The notes: generated by a model not told the origin, from the letters alone. 64,000 nt of DNA from Gracilinanus agilis (GCF_016433145.1 NC_058132.1:656211039-656275038); one strand, 5' to 3'. Counted from the stretch's first letter, positions 1 through 13,512 are shown. Translations and numbers: made by a program.

Positions 1-125
1 AGGAATGGAGGAAATGAGGGAGGGAGGAAAGGAGGGAAGGGGGGAGAGAGAGGGGGAGGGAGGAGGAAAGGAAGGGAGGAAGATGAGAGAAATGAATGAA
101 GGAGGGAACAAGGGAGAGGAGGGTA
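1..125. repeat. GGA/GGAA purine-rich low-complexity tract
   Basis: Almost purine-only on the plus strand. Confidence 0.85.
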
Positions 126-1190
126 GAAATTCTTTTTTTTCTTCCTTAGTCCAAAATTCTATAACATACAACATGCCACTAGCAGAGAGAAAACCAGCTG
201 TGCTCCATTCACAACCTGGATGGGCAAAGGAGAGCCAGGGCCTATTCAGTCTCATTCTAAGTATGGTGTAGTTCTCCTGACTCTTTCCTTCTCTTCCAAC
301 TGGATACGTCCATTTCAGCACCCCTCACACAAATCCTCCTGCCTTTGATGATTTTTCATATGCTTTACAAACTGAGCCCTGAGGTCCAACAGATAGTAAG
401 CTCTTACTCCCCAAGTCAAAGACAGTCAAATGATTCCTCTAGGCTGCGGGAGCCTGGAATACAGGCTGAGGCTAACAGTCCAACCTCCCTCTAGGTCCTG
501 GTTTTTTAAATTATGATATTTTATTTTTATGTTGCCCTAATTTACAAGTATAGTTCTACCCTGTACCCTACCAGTAGAGCCATCTATTGTAAGCAAAAAA
601 AGAAAGAAAGGAGGCAAGTGGGGTAGGGGTCAGGGTGGGAAGAGCTTTTCAGCAAAACTAAGTCAACCAAGTCTTATACTATATGAAGTGTTTGAAACCC
701 ATAGTTTCCCACCTTTGCAAAGAAGGAAGGGAGGTATATTTCCTCATCTCTTCTCCAGGGTCTGGTTCAGTTTTATACATGTTTGCAGAAGGATGTGAAA
801 GAGAAAGAATGGAACTCAGTGTCCTAAAATTCTCCCTCTAGCATTGATGGAGCTTTAAAGCTAAAACCTGAAACTATTGTAGCATTTTCTGGATGAGTGT
901 GTACTTGAACTCCATCCAAGACTGATAGAGAAACTCTGGGCCTTAAAAAAACCTTTTTATCTTGGATATGCAATAATACAGCTGAGGGAGGGTAGACTTT
1001 TTCATTGGAATTTCACCTTCCCCTTTAGGAAATTCAAAAGCAAGGAATCAGAAAGTATTTATTGAATGACTGCTATGTGCCAGGAAGTGGGGATACAAAG
1101 ACAAAAGTGAATACACATTTTTTTTCTTTTCTTTGCCCCCGCTTTCAAACTAATCAGAAAAGAATAGGACAACCAATACTTACCATGTGT

Positions 1191-1423
1191 NNNNNNNNNN
1201 NNNNNNNNNNNNNNNNNNNNNNNNNNNNNNNNNNNNNNNNNNNNNNNNNNNNNNNNNNNNNNNNNNNNNNNNNNNNNNNNNNNNNNNNNNNNNNNNNNNN
1301 NNNNNNNNNNNNNNNNNNNNNNNNNNNNNNNNNNNNNNNNNNNNNNNNNNNNNNNNNNNNNNNNNNNNNNNNNNNNNNNNNNNNNNNNNNNNNNNNNNNN
1401 NNNNNNNNNNNNNNNNNNNNNNN
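1191..1423. other. Assembly gap
   Basis: N run. Confidence 1.
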
Positions 1424-3336
1424 CCTTCATGACCTCCTTAGGCCTCAGTTTCCTAATCTGCAAAATCAAGAAGCTGGGCTTAATGACTTTTGAGGTTCCC
1501 CCCAGCTCTCAGATAGAATATGATATCATATTATATGATGAAACATAAATCATTATTCATTTCTATACATTCATTTATACATAGAACTAAGACTCAAATC
1601 ACTCAATTGCCGTATGCGTCAACTTCCCCCAACTGTAAAATGGGGATAATAATAGCACCTGCCTCTCAGGGTTGTGTGAGGATGAAATGAGATATTTGTA
1701 AAGCTCTTAGCACAATGTCTGGCATCCAGCGGGTACTTAATAAATGCATGCTCCTTTCCCTTTCTTCTTTCCTCTGCAATATGCTGAGATTCCATTCTCT
1801 GTCCTTCCCTCAGATCACCTTTTAGATGCCAGAAGTAAACATCAATTTGCTATCCCACTGACTGGGAATTATTAAATGAGGCTGTCAAAGAATTTTCATG
1901 TCTAAAAATACTTCCAGAAGTTGCAAAAACAACCAGCCACAGGCCAGAGTAGTTATGATTGTCTTGATGTGCTACTGAAAGCTGCTTCATGAGTCTCTAG
2001 AATATATTAAAGCACTTCCTGCGTGGTAAGTCACTTCACCTTTGGTGCCCTCATTCTTCATTGGTAGGATGAGAGTGAAGTGGCACGAATGTCCTCAAAG
2101 GCCCCATCCAGGTTTCCTAATCACCACCAGCAACAAATGCTGACTCACTGCCCCTGAAAGGCAGATGGACCCCTGGGAATAGCCCTGGGAATAGCTGGAC
2201 ATGATCCTCTCTAGACCGCCATTCCTGATCCTGGTCCATCCCTCACAGCTATCTCATGGGGAAACAGCTCCCATGGAGAAGGGACCACCATTCCCACCAA
2301 CTGCCACCCGGAGAGCCAGGAAGCACAAAGCAGCCCTTACTGTAGTTGGCCACCTCCCCTCAGATCTTGCTGGAGACAGCCTAAGATTCTGAGCTCAACA
2401 GGCTTGGGAAGAGCCGGGCTTCCAGTCCAAGGCCCCTCTCCATTATACTGGGAAGCAGCCCCTGAGGAGAGGATGCTTGGCAGTTGTAGCAGAGGCTACT
2501 GTCCCAGCTCCTGAGGACCCAGAAAAGAAAGTCCTTGCCACCAATATCCTTGGCCCTTTCAACTGTTTCAACATCGGATAATATGATTTTATCAGTGGAA
2601 GTGACTCTACGAAAGAGGTATTGACATCTGCTTGGCCTCGGCACCCTCAGGAACACAGGAGTTTCCATCTGACTTGCAGCTAACACCTTCCCTACGAATG
2701 ACTCTCCCATTAGAACATGAACTCCTCAAGATCAGGAGCCGTCTTCATTTTTGATTTATGCCCCCAGCTTTTTGCACGTAGTACGCAAGCTTTCTTCATT
2801 CATTCACTTGGGATGCCATGCCTTCTTCATTAGCCACTCGTTTATTTTCCTGAAAGAGCAAGACATTTCCTTAGTTTGAAGGGCACCAAGTGCTCTTTAA
2901 CACTGTCTTTGGGCTAAATCTAACCTCTGTGCTTCCTTCCATCCTGCTAGAAAACACTCCGCTTTCCTCAGGTTCCCCTTCTCAGTCAGACCTGAAAAGC
3001 AGGACTTGGGAAATCTTGTCTGAGAAGAGTTTCTAAAGACAAACCCCGACCATCTGGGGGGAACCACAGCCAACTGGGTCAGGAGACACAAGAGGAAAGT
3101 GGTGTCCGAATGCAAACCTTGCCCTGTCACAGCACCATTACAATCGTGTCCAGGAGTTTCCAACCAAAGACCTCAGAATCCTAGGAGTTGGAATGGGTAG
3201 AACCTTTCTATAAAGGTCATCTCTAGCAACATCTTCATGTTCCAGAGGAGGAAATCAAGGCTAAGACAATTTAAGTGACTTGTTCCAAGGCTACTCAAGT
3301 AGTGACTCTAGAACCAGTATTCTTTCCTCTACTTCT

Positions 3337-3521
3337 TTTTTTTTTTAAACCCTTAACTTCTGTGTATTGGCTCCTTGGTGGAAGAGTGGTAAGGGTGGGC
3401 AATGAGGGTGAAGTGACTTGCCCAGGGTCACACAGCTGGGAAGTGTCTGAAGCCGGATTTGAACCTAGGACCTCCCGTCTCTAGGCCTGACTCTCAATCC
3501 ACTGAGCAACCCAGCTGCCCC
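3337..3521 (-). mobile_element. Young opossum tRNA-derived CORE-SINE (SINE-1 type, short tail)
   Basis: Full length with A/B boxes and poly(A); perfect 15-bp TSD ctttcctctacttct (3322-3336 / 3522-3536). Confidence 0.92.
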
Positions 3522-3747
3522 CTTTCCTCTACTTCTCATACTGCAACTCCAAAATATTATCTAATATGATGACTGAATTCCTGGATATAGAAGGAAAGTC
3601 TCTGATTTGGTCTTTTTGTTTCCTGTCTATCTGGAATCTTTATTCCAATTCTCTTAACTCTTATCACCCTCTTTGGGGAATAAGGATTCGAGAAAATTTA
3701 TTTTAGGTATTTGATTATAAATTTTGATTATTCTTAATTGTGTAAAT

Positions 3748-4010
3748 GGGCAGCTAGCTAGTGAGAGCAGTGGATAGAGTGCCAGGTCTAGAGTCAGGAA
3801 GACTTATCTCCCTGAGTTCAATTTTGGCCTCAGATACTAGCTATGTGACCCTAGGCAAGTCACTTAACCATGTTGGCCTCAGTTTCCTAATCTATAAAAT
3901 GAATTCATGGAGGAAATAGCAAACTACTTTAATATCTTTGTCAAAAAAACAAACAACAACCAACCCAAATGAGGTCATGAAGTATTGGATACAACTAAAA
4001 ACAACTCAAA
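3748..4010 (+). mobile_element. Mar1-type CORE-SINE (RTE-like tail)
   Basis: tRNA head, CORE, and a tail resembling gaaatagcaaactact...ctttg...atgaggtcatgaag. Confidence 0.75.
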
Positions 4011-4856
4011 AACAATTACATAAATAATTACACCAATGACGTCTTGTCATTTCAATCCCTCCTTTGACTTTTATATTCTTAACACATTGAAAATGCCTCT
4101 TTGTGGTAGAAAGGCAGCTTTCCTGGTTTTCTCCTGAACCTGATCCCTCTTAGGAGGCTAAAGGTAAACCAACCAGCAGCATGCAAGACTAGAAGCAAAG
4201 GACCTGCCCATCTGGGAAGTAAGGGGCACAGATTAAGGATCAGGAATCAAGAAGTGTGGCAGAATCCAAAGTGCAAAGCCAAAGAAAGGGTTAAAAAAAA
4301 GGGCAGTGGAAGGGGGTATCTTAGCAGAGCCAAAAGTTAAGCACATCTCGCTCTCTGCTCATTGATCTGGGAGCTGGCCAGTAGTTAGGGATGAAGGCTT
4401 CAGTTCACCTTTGCATCCTTCTGTGTGGGAGGCAGCTGTGCCAGCAACAGGGGGGACATCGGGTTCTAGTCCAGGCTCCAACACCGAGTGACCTGGGGCA
4501 AGACATTTCTTCATGTCCTCATCAGTCAAGAGGCTTGGACTAGATCTTTCCAATTACTTCAAACTCGAAGGCCCTCTTGTTCTTTTCCTTTCAACAAAAA
4601 GACCTAAGTAGGGGTGGGCTCGGGAACCGTGCCAATGCTTCCAAGCTCTCTGATTTTGCCAGTGTGCACACTTTATTGATGCAAAGTCTTCATCTTCCAG
4701 AGTCGCCGTGGCCAAAAGATTCATTACGGTGTGGCCAGCTTGTTGTTGAGCCTCTTGATCGGTCATTTAACAAACGTTTATTAAGCACCAATTTTATGCC
4801 AAGGTTAGGGTTTGAAATAGCATTGGGAATACAGACAAAAGGATAACTCCCTCTGA

Positions 4857-4860
<4 letters not shown>

Positions 4861-4920
<60 letters not shown>
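4861..4920. repeat. (GT)30 microsatellite
   Basis: Perfect dinucleotide run. Confidence 0.98.
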
Positions 4921-4926
<6 letters not shown>

Positions 4927-4992
4927 AAATTTTAAAAGATCCTTTGGAGGAGGACACTAGTAATGGGTGATCAAGAAAGGCTTCATGTTAAA

Positions 4993-5176
4993 CAGGAGTT
5001 CTTAACATTTGTTGTGTCAAATACTCCCCTTTAACAACCTGAAGAAGCCTATGAGCCTCTTCTCAAAAGATTTTTTTTTCTGATACATATACCACATATA
5101 AAGGAAGCCAATTATATTGAAATAATACCAAAATATTTTTAGAACAAATTAATGGGATGGAGGTTAAGAAACTCTG
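4993..5176. mobile_element. Old hAT/Charlie-type MITE
   Basis: Imperfect TIRs caggagttcttaac / gttaagaaactctg; interior resembles therian MER-type MITEs. Confidence 0.55.
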
Positions 5177-5639
5177 ATGTAGAAGGTGGAATCTGGGTGA
5201 TCTTCAAAGAAATAAGGAATCCCACCAGGCAATGTTCATATGGTCAGAGAAATATGACTTGTTGAAGCTAAGTAGTCAGATGGCACTTAAGCTAAGATAT
5301 ATCCTCACTGCTTAGGAATGAGGAGAGCTGAAACTACACTGATGGCACCAGGGGCAGAGATGGGCATTCTAGAACACAAACATCTCTGCTTTCCCAAAGC
5401 CAGAGTTTGGGTTTGGGGGATGGGCCTGTATCTAAGTAGAGGGGCTCAAGCTGAGAGCTGTCCTCCTGAAAGATTAATGAGCTCTTCATTCTTCTTCCAT
5501 TGATTCATAGTCTGAGTCTCATGGGCAATTACCTAGACTGAAGAGGAATTGGTTTTGCAACTCAGTAATCCCAGAGTGGGACAGGAAACTCTTGAAGTCA
5601 TGATTCACATTATCTGATTCTTTCCATTCTCTCTCTTCT

Positions 5640-6322
5640 TTGTTAGCTGTTTGATTCTTTCCTAGCTCATTGAAAGCGGAGTCCTAGTTTTCACATCCAT
5701 ATGTCATGAGCATGTGTTGGTAGGAGTCAAACTAGCCCTTCCTTCCTTCTTCTCTCCCTCTCCTTATAGGTTTAGGTAAGATTCCCAGAGGTGCATGTCC
5801 CGAAAACACCCACAAGGAACTTCCTGAAGTTGTTTATCACATGGGACTGAATCAACTTGAGACATCGTTCAGGAGAAAGGGGGCACCCAACATCAGAGAA
5901 AGAGAAAGAGAGAGAGAAAGAAAGAGAGAGACAGAGAGATAGAGAGACACAGAGAGAGAGACAGAGAGAGAGAGATGCATTGAAAGCTGAGGACTTGGGA
6001 GCAAGGGAACTGCTCTCAACTACCAGATTTATACTGACCCAGCAGAAAGAGACAAGACACTATTAGGGGAAAAGAAGCAGAAATGACTTTTGAAACTTCA
6101 TATGGAGCAGATACTTCCTTTTCAGATACTGTCAGTCTGCATGGACTGTCAGCCAAGTCTTTGGTGAAGGAAATAGCACAGGATGAGGGGCTCTTTCTAT
6201 TGTTGCTAATGACTCAGTTGTAAATCTTCTGTGTGTGTTCAATACTCCCTTAAATCTCCTCAAGGTTTAATGTACTTGTTAACCTGATGCTTGCAAGTGA
6301 GATGAGGACCCTTTGACACACA
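5640..6322 (+). mobile_element. Possible solo LTR with internal (AG)n tract
   Basis: LTR-like composition only; termini and TSD not confirmed. Confidence 0.3.
5893..5975. repeat. (AG)/(AGAC) compound microsatellite
   Basis: Seen directly. Confidence 0.9.
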
Positions 6323-7399
6323 TAAGTCAGATTCTGGTGTTTCCATGATTTTTAGATCTTGAGTGGGGCCACTAACCATTAAGACTATTCTTCTCTTTAA
6401 TAAGAGAACTTCCTGAGACTAACTCTACTCCTCCATGTCAAAAGTCAATGTCTTAGACCTTATAGGTAAAATGGATCTGATGATAATTACTTATTTCTAG
6501 AGTTTTTGTGAGGAAAGTGCTATAGAAATGTGAGCTTTTATTGATAATAATAATAAGTTTTGATAGATATAATTTTGAGGACAACCTCAGTGTCATGGTC
6601 AGGCATTTAGCTATTGTCATTACTGTGGCCAGGTACTAAGGGTTGTGTTTGAAAGAATTTTCTGAAAGTGATGTCAAATGTTCACCCAATGACTTATATA
6701 TTTGGAATGTTGTAGATGATATTCCTGCTTTAAGTAAAGGTTTAGTCAGATGACTTCTGAGGTCCCTTCCAAAAATTCTGAGATTCTCAGAAAAAAAACA
6801 TCAGAGTTGGAAAAGCCCCTACAATGTGTGTTATTTGGAATTCTGGAGATTCCATTTAAAAGTATTTGACAAACTTCCTGTGGACATGTGGGGGACTTTG
6901 AAACTACATTTTCCATGGTCCAATGGGTTTCCTGTTTTGGATGACGTCTTCAAGGTAAAGCCCAGCTTTAAATATTGGGAAGTCAAGTTTGACTTCCTCT
7001 TTGCTACCTGAGCACGCTTTTTGGATGATGGGGGAAGGTACAGACTGGCGGCATTTTTTGAAAGAGTCAGGCGTGGTCTTATATATTTTACCAACATGGC
7101 CATGGTAATTAAAATATTAATTTTCCTTATAATATCAGCCTTTATCATTTTTAATCGTTACAAATGTCTGGTCCACCTAGAGAGACCAAGTAAGTTGCTC
7201 ATAGACACACAGATAGTATGAAATGGAGCCCAGATGTGAACCTAAGTTTTCTGATGCCAATTCCAATGCACTTTCTACTGTCCAATACTGCCTCCATATA
7301 AACATTGGAATTGAAAATATTTTGGAATTGAAAGGAATCATAGGAAAGCTAGAATCCAACCTTCCCATGTTATAGAATCGTATCAGTTAGAGTTAGAAT

Positions 7400-8060
7400 T
7401 AATCAGTCAACATTTATTAAGCACCTACTATGTTACAGGCATTGTGCTAAGCACTGGGGATGCAAAAAGAGGCCCTGTTCTCAAAGGGCTTATAATCTTA
7501 TGATTGCAAACACTTCACTTGCAAACTAATGTATACCAACAAGCTATATATAGGATAAATGAGAAATAATTAACAGAGGGAAGACACCAGAGTTAAGAGG
7601 GGTGGGGGAAGGCTTTCTGTAAAGGGGGAGATTTTAGTTGAGACTTATTTAAAGGAAGTCAGGGAAGCCAGTAAGTGGAAATGAAGACACTAAACATTCC
7701 AGGCATGGGGGATGACTGGTGAAAATGCCTGGGAGTTGGGAGATGCAGTGTCCTATTGGTGGTACATGAAGGAGCCCAGTATCTCTGGACTGTTGGGGAG
7801 TAAGGTGTAAGAAGCCCGGAAAAGCAGGAGAAGGCTAGTGTTTGAAGGACTAGGAATGCCATGTAGAGGATTTTGTATTTGATCCGGAAGGACATAGGGA
7901 ACCATTCCAGTTTATCAGCTCCAGGAGCGTCATGGTCAGGCTTGTGATTTAGTAAGATCACTTTAACAGCTGAATAGAGGATGGCCTGGAGTGGGGAGAG
8001 GTTTGAGGCAGACAAAGCTCCCAGCAGTCAATTGCGATAATACAGACGTGAGTTGATGGG
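7400..8060 (-). mobile_element. L2 LINE 3' fragment
   Basis: Reverse-complemented L2 3' end (tcaacatttattaagcacctactatg) followed by degraded L2 body. Confidence 0.7.
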
Positions 8061-8116
8061 GACCTGCCTCATTGGAGGGGTCATCTTGTACAACCCATAC
8101 CCAAAAGGAATCCTTT

Positions 8117-8574
8117 TTTTTTTTTTAAATAATTTTTTATTTTTAGAAAAATTTTCCATGGTTACATAAGTCATGTTTTTACTTTCCTCTTCACCCCCTC
8201 AACCCCCCCGGCCCCCTCCACTGTAGCCAATTCGCATTTCCAGTGGTTTTATTATGTGTGGTCAGTCAAGACTTATTTACACATTATTGATAGTTACATG
8301 GGTGTGGTCTTTTCAGGTCTACATCCCCAACCATGTCCTCCTCAACCCAAGTGTCCGAGCAGTTGTTTTTCTTCTGTGTTTCTACTCCTGTAGTTCTTCC
8401 TCTGAATGTGGGTAGTGTTCCTTTCCATAAACCCCTCAGAATTGTCCTGGGTCATTGCATTGCTGCTAGTACAGAAGTCCCTTACATTCGATTTTACCAC
8501 AGTGTATCAGTCTCTGTGTACAGTGTTCTTCTGGCTCTGCTCCTTTCACTCTGCATCAATTCCTGGAGATCTTT
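8117..8574 (-). mobile_element. 5'-truncated marsupial L1 (3' UTR)
   Basis: Poly(T) at the left end, typical L1 3' UTR text, and perfect 16-bp TSD ccaaaaggaatccttt (8101-8116 / 8575-8590). Confidence 0.9.
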
Positions 8575-9465
8575 CCAAAAGGAATCCTTTCTATGTCAGA
8601 CCAAACCAGTGACCATCCAACCTCTGTTTGAAGACCTCAAATGAAGAAAACCACCCACCGCACACCTGAGACAGGCTCGTTCACTTTGGGCCACCTCTAT
8701 TGTTAAGAAAGGTTTACTGAAAGGAGAAAGGGGCAGTCGTTACTTCTCTCTGCACCTGGGTTTCTCCATCTGCAGGATGGAGATAACAACTCATGCCACT
8801 GACTTCCCAGGGTTGTTGTGAGGAACGTACTTTGGAAACCTTAAAGGGAACCAGAATATGAGTCTTCCCATGATTAACTTGTATCTCCGAAGTCTATATC
8901 TTATTTACACCTATTGATGCATACGTTGTCTTCCTCAGTAGAATGGAAATTCCTTGAGGATGGGGACTGTATTTGTTTTTTCTTAGAATCACCATGGCTT
9001 AGCCCAGTGGCTGGCACATAGTAAGTATTTCATAAATAAATTCTTATTCATTGATTTTCCATGAGCACGTGTGATTGTGCTTCTAGATATCTTTAATCCA
9101 GTCCATCTCTTGGAAGGCTGTTGTATTGGCCCAACCAGAGTAGGGACTGCCCCCCTCCTCTCCCAACTTAGCCTCTTGGAATTTACCCTCCATTGTGGTT
9201 AATGGGCCAACTGCCTCTCAGCTTGAGACCTTCCAGAGGAGAAGGTTGATGCAGAGGTGAGTTCCACATTTCTGAGGACAATTCTCCTCCATTCCATTGC
9301 TATGTTATTTTGTGATCCTTTGTTTTAGGTAGGGGTGGGGAGAGGAGAATGTGGGTGGGCCAGTGTAAATATGGTTTCAGATGAGGGTTTCTGGGACAAA
9401 CTTGGGCATGGGTAATTAATGTTCACCCAGACTTCTCATCTGAATCAATCAAAGAGTCTGGGCAA

Positions 9466-9669
9466 GGGGGCAGCTGGGTAGCTCAGTGGATTGAGAGCCA
9501 GGCCTAGAGACGGGAGGTCCTGGGTTCAAACCCGGCCTCAACCACTTCCCAGCTGTGTGACCCTGGGCAAGTCACTTGACCCCCATTGCCTACCCTTACC
9601 ACTCTTCTGCCTTGGCGCCAATACACAGTATTGACTTCAAGACAGAAGGTAAGGGTTTAAAAAAAAAAA
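9466..9669 (+). mobile_element. Opossum CORE-SINE (long tail, SINE-2 type)
   Basis: Full length; imperfect TSD aaagagtctgggcaa / aaagagcctaggcaa. Confidence 0.9.
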
Positions 9670-9687
9670 GAGCCTAGGCAAAAAGAA

Positions 9688-9858
9688 AAGTTAGGTGGCT
9701 CAGTGGATTGAGAACCAAGTCTAGAAACTGAAGGTCCTGGGTTCAGATCTGAGCTCAGACACTTCCTAACTGTGAACTCCCATTGCCTACCCCTTATTGC
9801 TCTTCCTTAGAACTATTATGTAGTGTTGATTCCAAGACTGAAATTAAGGATTTTCAAA
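9688..9858 (+). mobile_element. Older degenerate CORE-SINE
   Basis: Diverged copy with an internal deletion, directly after the younger SINE. Confidence 0.75.
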
Positions 9859-10737
9859 TGGAAAAAGTCTCGGTGATACCTACCCTTACACTTTTACCAT
9901 CCATAGCTCCTTGCCTACCCAACTGGAAGTATAATGGAATATTACCAGGCCTCTGAGCCATGCAGAGTCAGGCAGGAGAACAGAGAAGTACCTGGTTACA
10001 TTGGAAAACGGTTCTGTTGTTTGGAGTTGAGGGAAAAACCCACAGTCCCCTCCACCCTCTCCAGTGACACTGCTTCAGAATAATTTGCTTCTTAGTTGCC
10101 TGACTTCCTATGCATGAGGAGTTCTCAAAGCTGTAACTGGCACAGGGTGAACTGGGTTTTGTGCCAAGGTGCTGACATGGGGACGGGCATACTTCCTCCC
10201 TCAAGTGACCACAGTCCCCACTTCACCTCAAGTTCCCCTGCTGACAAGGGTCAGGCTGTCCCTTCTTTTCACCCATAGTTGGGCTGTTTAACAATCTGTA
10301 CTACTGCCTCTCTTCTGACCCTTTGTTTTTGCCCTTGATGGAAATAATCCTGATCGTGGTTCTGGATGTTCTTGCCCTGTTTGGGGACTGACCGAGTCAT
10401 CTGTTGGAAGATTGATGGGAAAAGAGGAATTAGGAGTCTTGCCTTGGCTCCTTTATATTTGGAAATTACTCTCAGAGGCTGTCAAACCCCCATCTTTCAT
10501 TTGCCTGACCCCACATCATGCTGGGAGATGGGCTGGATTCATGATTTTGAATCTTTCAAAGTCCTCAGAGCAAACATGGATTCTCAGGCCATGCTGTAAA
10601 GGAGAGTAGAACTGGGTTGGGAAACTGAGTCCCCCCCCCAATCAAAGCCTATTTCTTTAAGGACTTTCCTCCCAAAAGTTCTGGGGGAGCCACTGGGCAA
10701 TATCGTGAGCCATGTTCCATCTGGAGATCCTTCACAT

Positions 10738-10920
10738 TTTTTTTTTAAACCCTTAACTTCTGTGTATTGGCTCCTTGGTGGAAGAGTGGTAAGGGTGGGC
10801 CATGGGGGCCAAGTGACTTGCCCAGGGTCACACAGCTGGAAGTGTCGGAGGCCGGACTTGAACCTAGGACCTCCTGTCTCTAGGGCTGACTCTCAATCCA
10901 CTGAGCTACCCAGTTGCCCC
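10738..10920 (-). mobile_element. Young opossum SINE-1-type element
   Basis: Full length; TSD gatccttcacat (10726-10737 / 10921-10932). Confidence 0.92.
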
Positions 10921-10985
10921 GATCCTTCACATCTTGAGAAGAATTGAATTAATATCTTTTGTGCTTTCAATCACGATTTCTTTCT

Positions 10986-11165
10986 TTTTTTTTTTTTTAA
11001 CCCTTAACTTCTGTGTATTGGCTTATAGGTGGAAGAGTGGTAAGGGTGGGCAATGGGGGTCAAGTGACTTGCCCAGGGTCACACAGCTAGGAAGTGTCTG
11101 AGGCCGGATTTGAACCTCCTGTCTCTAGGGCTGACTCTCAAACCACTGAGCTACCCAGCTGCCCC
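10986..11165 (-). mobile_element. Young opossum SINE-1-type element
   Basis: Full length; 18-bp TSD with two mismatches (10968-10985 / 11166-11183). Confidence 0.9.
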
Positions 11166-11345
11166 CAATCATGATTACTTTCTGACTCCAACAAAGTACA
11201 GTTATTGGAACCTACCAATCTGAAGACTTCACGTGACAGTGTAGAAATCATGCCATGCCTATTGCCCCGACCCCCTTGCCAAACGGTCAACCAATCAATC
11301 ATCCAACAAGTATCTATTAAGCACCTGCTAAGTGACGAGCATTGT

Positions 11346-11545
11346 GGGGCAGCTGGGTGGCTCAGGCGATAGAGAGCCAGGCCTGGAGTGGGGAGGACCT
11401 GGGTTTGAATCTGGCCTCAGACATTTCCTAACTGGGGAATTCTGAGAGAGTCACTTATCCTAATTGCCTAGCCCTTCCCACTCTTCTGCCTTGGAACCAA
11501 CACTTACTGGAAATTCTAAGACAGAAGGTGAGGGTTTCTTAAAAA
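11346..11545 (+). mobile_element. Older long-tail CORE-SINE
   Basis: ggggcagctgggtggctcag head through a ctaagacagaaggtgagggttt tail. Confidence 0.85.
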
Positions 11546-12719
11546 CGACAGGCATCGACCCCAGGTGCTGGGTATCCCAAAACAAAGCCTTATCTCAAAA
11601 AGGTTACATTGAATGAGGGAAAAAGAACTGCTGTACTTCCTGTCTCTCCTGTTGGTTCCATTCTCAGCCTCACACACCTAACCAGGATTTGAATTCGGGT
11701 CTCTTGACTCCCCTTCTTTTCCCATTACGCCCTCATGGCCTTCAGACTTACACGTGCCCCACTCATCTGGCTGCAAATTGCACAAATCATTCAGAGGAGG
11801 ACTGGAATTGCCTCTGCCTTGCCTCCCGTTGTTCCTAGCCTGGCCTCATTAAGAAGATGAATCTTTTCCTCTGAAAGTTTAATTTCTGTGTCCTTTAGCT
11901 CTCTGGGACAGAGAGGCCCACTTAGGCTGATGGTCCTGGTACACTTTGCTAGGGCCAGCAAGTCTCTGTGTTCCTTCAGAGAACTAGAGAAGCCTCTTGT
12001 CTGGGATCAGTCCATTCTCTCATTTGTTTTGTCTTGGTTTGTGTCCCCATTGCCATCCTGTCCTTTCCGGCCTGAGGACTTGAAGACCTCAGCTTGGTTC
12101 TCCCTGTACCGTTTAGGGCTCCCAGTGAAATGCCTCCTGGGAGCCTCTGATCTTAGCCCTCACGTCTCAGAAGTGGGCTAGCATTTCTTTCCTCAGGTTT
12201 CAATAATGGGGTTCTTAGTTTGGGTGATGGCCGCCGTTCCTCCCAGCTCCAAAGTCCTACAAAGGCCTGTGATTCTCTGAATCTGAACCAGAGGATTATT
12301 GATTTAGATTTGGAAGGGTCCGAAAAACCCTGACATTTAACCATGCCGTGGGCCCAGGGCTCCCTTTGCACATGTGTACCCCTGCCTCTCTGAATTCTTC
12401 TTTTCCGCCAGGCCTGAGGCGATCCTGATTTGGAGAAAGTGAGGGGCTGGAAAGAGGAAGAAGGAGAGGAAGGAGAAGAAGAAGGTCTTCCTTTGTCCCT
12501 CCTGCCCCCAGCTGCTAGGGCTGCCTTCTCCTCTCAGACGTCCTCTCGGCTACTCCAGGTAGATTATGTGTGTATCCTCACATTGGCACAAACTCCTCAA
12601 GGCCTGGGACTGTGTCCTTGCCTTTGTTCCTCTAGTGCTAACACAGAGCCTGGCACACAGTAAGGGCGTTACTGGATGTTTGTGAACTATCCCCTCTCCT
12701 CTTTCAAAACTTAACTGTA

Positions 12720-12920
12720 GGGGGCAGCTGGGTAGCTCAGTGGATTGAGAGCCAGGCCTAGAGATGGGAGGTCCTGGGTTCAAATCTGGCCTCAGACACT
12801 TCCCAGCTGTGTGACCCTGGGCAAGTCACTTGACCCCCATGGCCCACCCTTACCACTCTTCCACCAAGGAGCCAATACACAGAAGTTAAGGGTTTAAAAA
12901 GTAATTAATTAATTAATTAG
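12720..12920 (+). mobile_element. Young SINE-1-type element with (TAAT)n tail
   Basis: Near-consensus; TSD aaaacttaactgt / aaaccttaactgt. Confidence 0.92.
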
Positions 12921-13357
12921 AAACCTTAACTGTCCTCTGTGATATTCCCTCTGCTGGGATCTTGAATGGTTATGGATTCATCCCTCTTCATACTGGAAAT
13001 CGTGAGTTCCCCGAAATTCCCCACGTGCACAGGGAGGGGATTTATTTTTAGTTGGCCAGATCTTTAGATTTGCCTCTTACTACCGAGGGCAGCTCAGGGC
13101 AGTCTCCTTATGGGTAGGATGGTGGCTTCTGAGGACATCCAAAGTCAATTCCCAGAGCCCTGATCAAGGGCTTTCTATGTGTAAGAAACTCCCTGAAATG
13201 CCTCAACAGATCATGTGGTGTTTTTTTTTCAAGAGTCCATCTCACCTTGGGAAGTACAGTACCACGTTTCATCCTTCCAGAGAAGTGAGTTTTGCCCTCC
13301 TGACTATGAATCGAGAGCATTTTGGTCAGTGTTTCCAGCTTTACTAACTTTTATACT

Positions 13358-13512
13358 TACACACACACACATATACACGTGTGTCTATATATACGCATAT
13401 ACTCATACATGTATATATATACACGACATACATGTATGTATATATATTGCATAAGCATGTATTTATGCATACTTTAAAAGTGGGAGAGGGGTGTGTGTGT
13501 GTGTGTGTGTGT
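13358..13512. repeat. Compound CA/TA/TG microsatellite region
   Basis: Seen directly. Confidence 0.85.

Noticed and set aside
1059-1493. ORFs spanning N gaps (also 22988-24295, 25069-25501, 31143-31494, 37069-37452)
   Set aside because: Their length comes from untranslatable Ns.
2381-2710. 109-aa minus-strand ORF in unique sequence
   Set aside because: No recognisable family and no promoter or splice context.
12720-12800. tRNA-like A/B boxes at SINE heads
   Set aside because: These are tRNA-derived SINE promoters continuous with CORE and tail sequence; no full cloverleaf.
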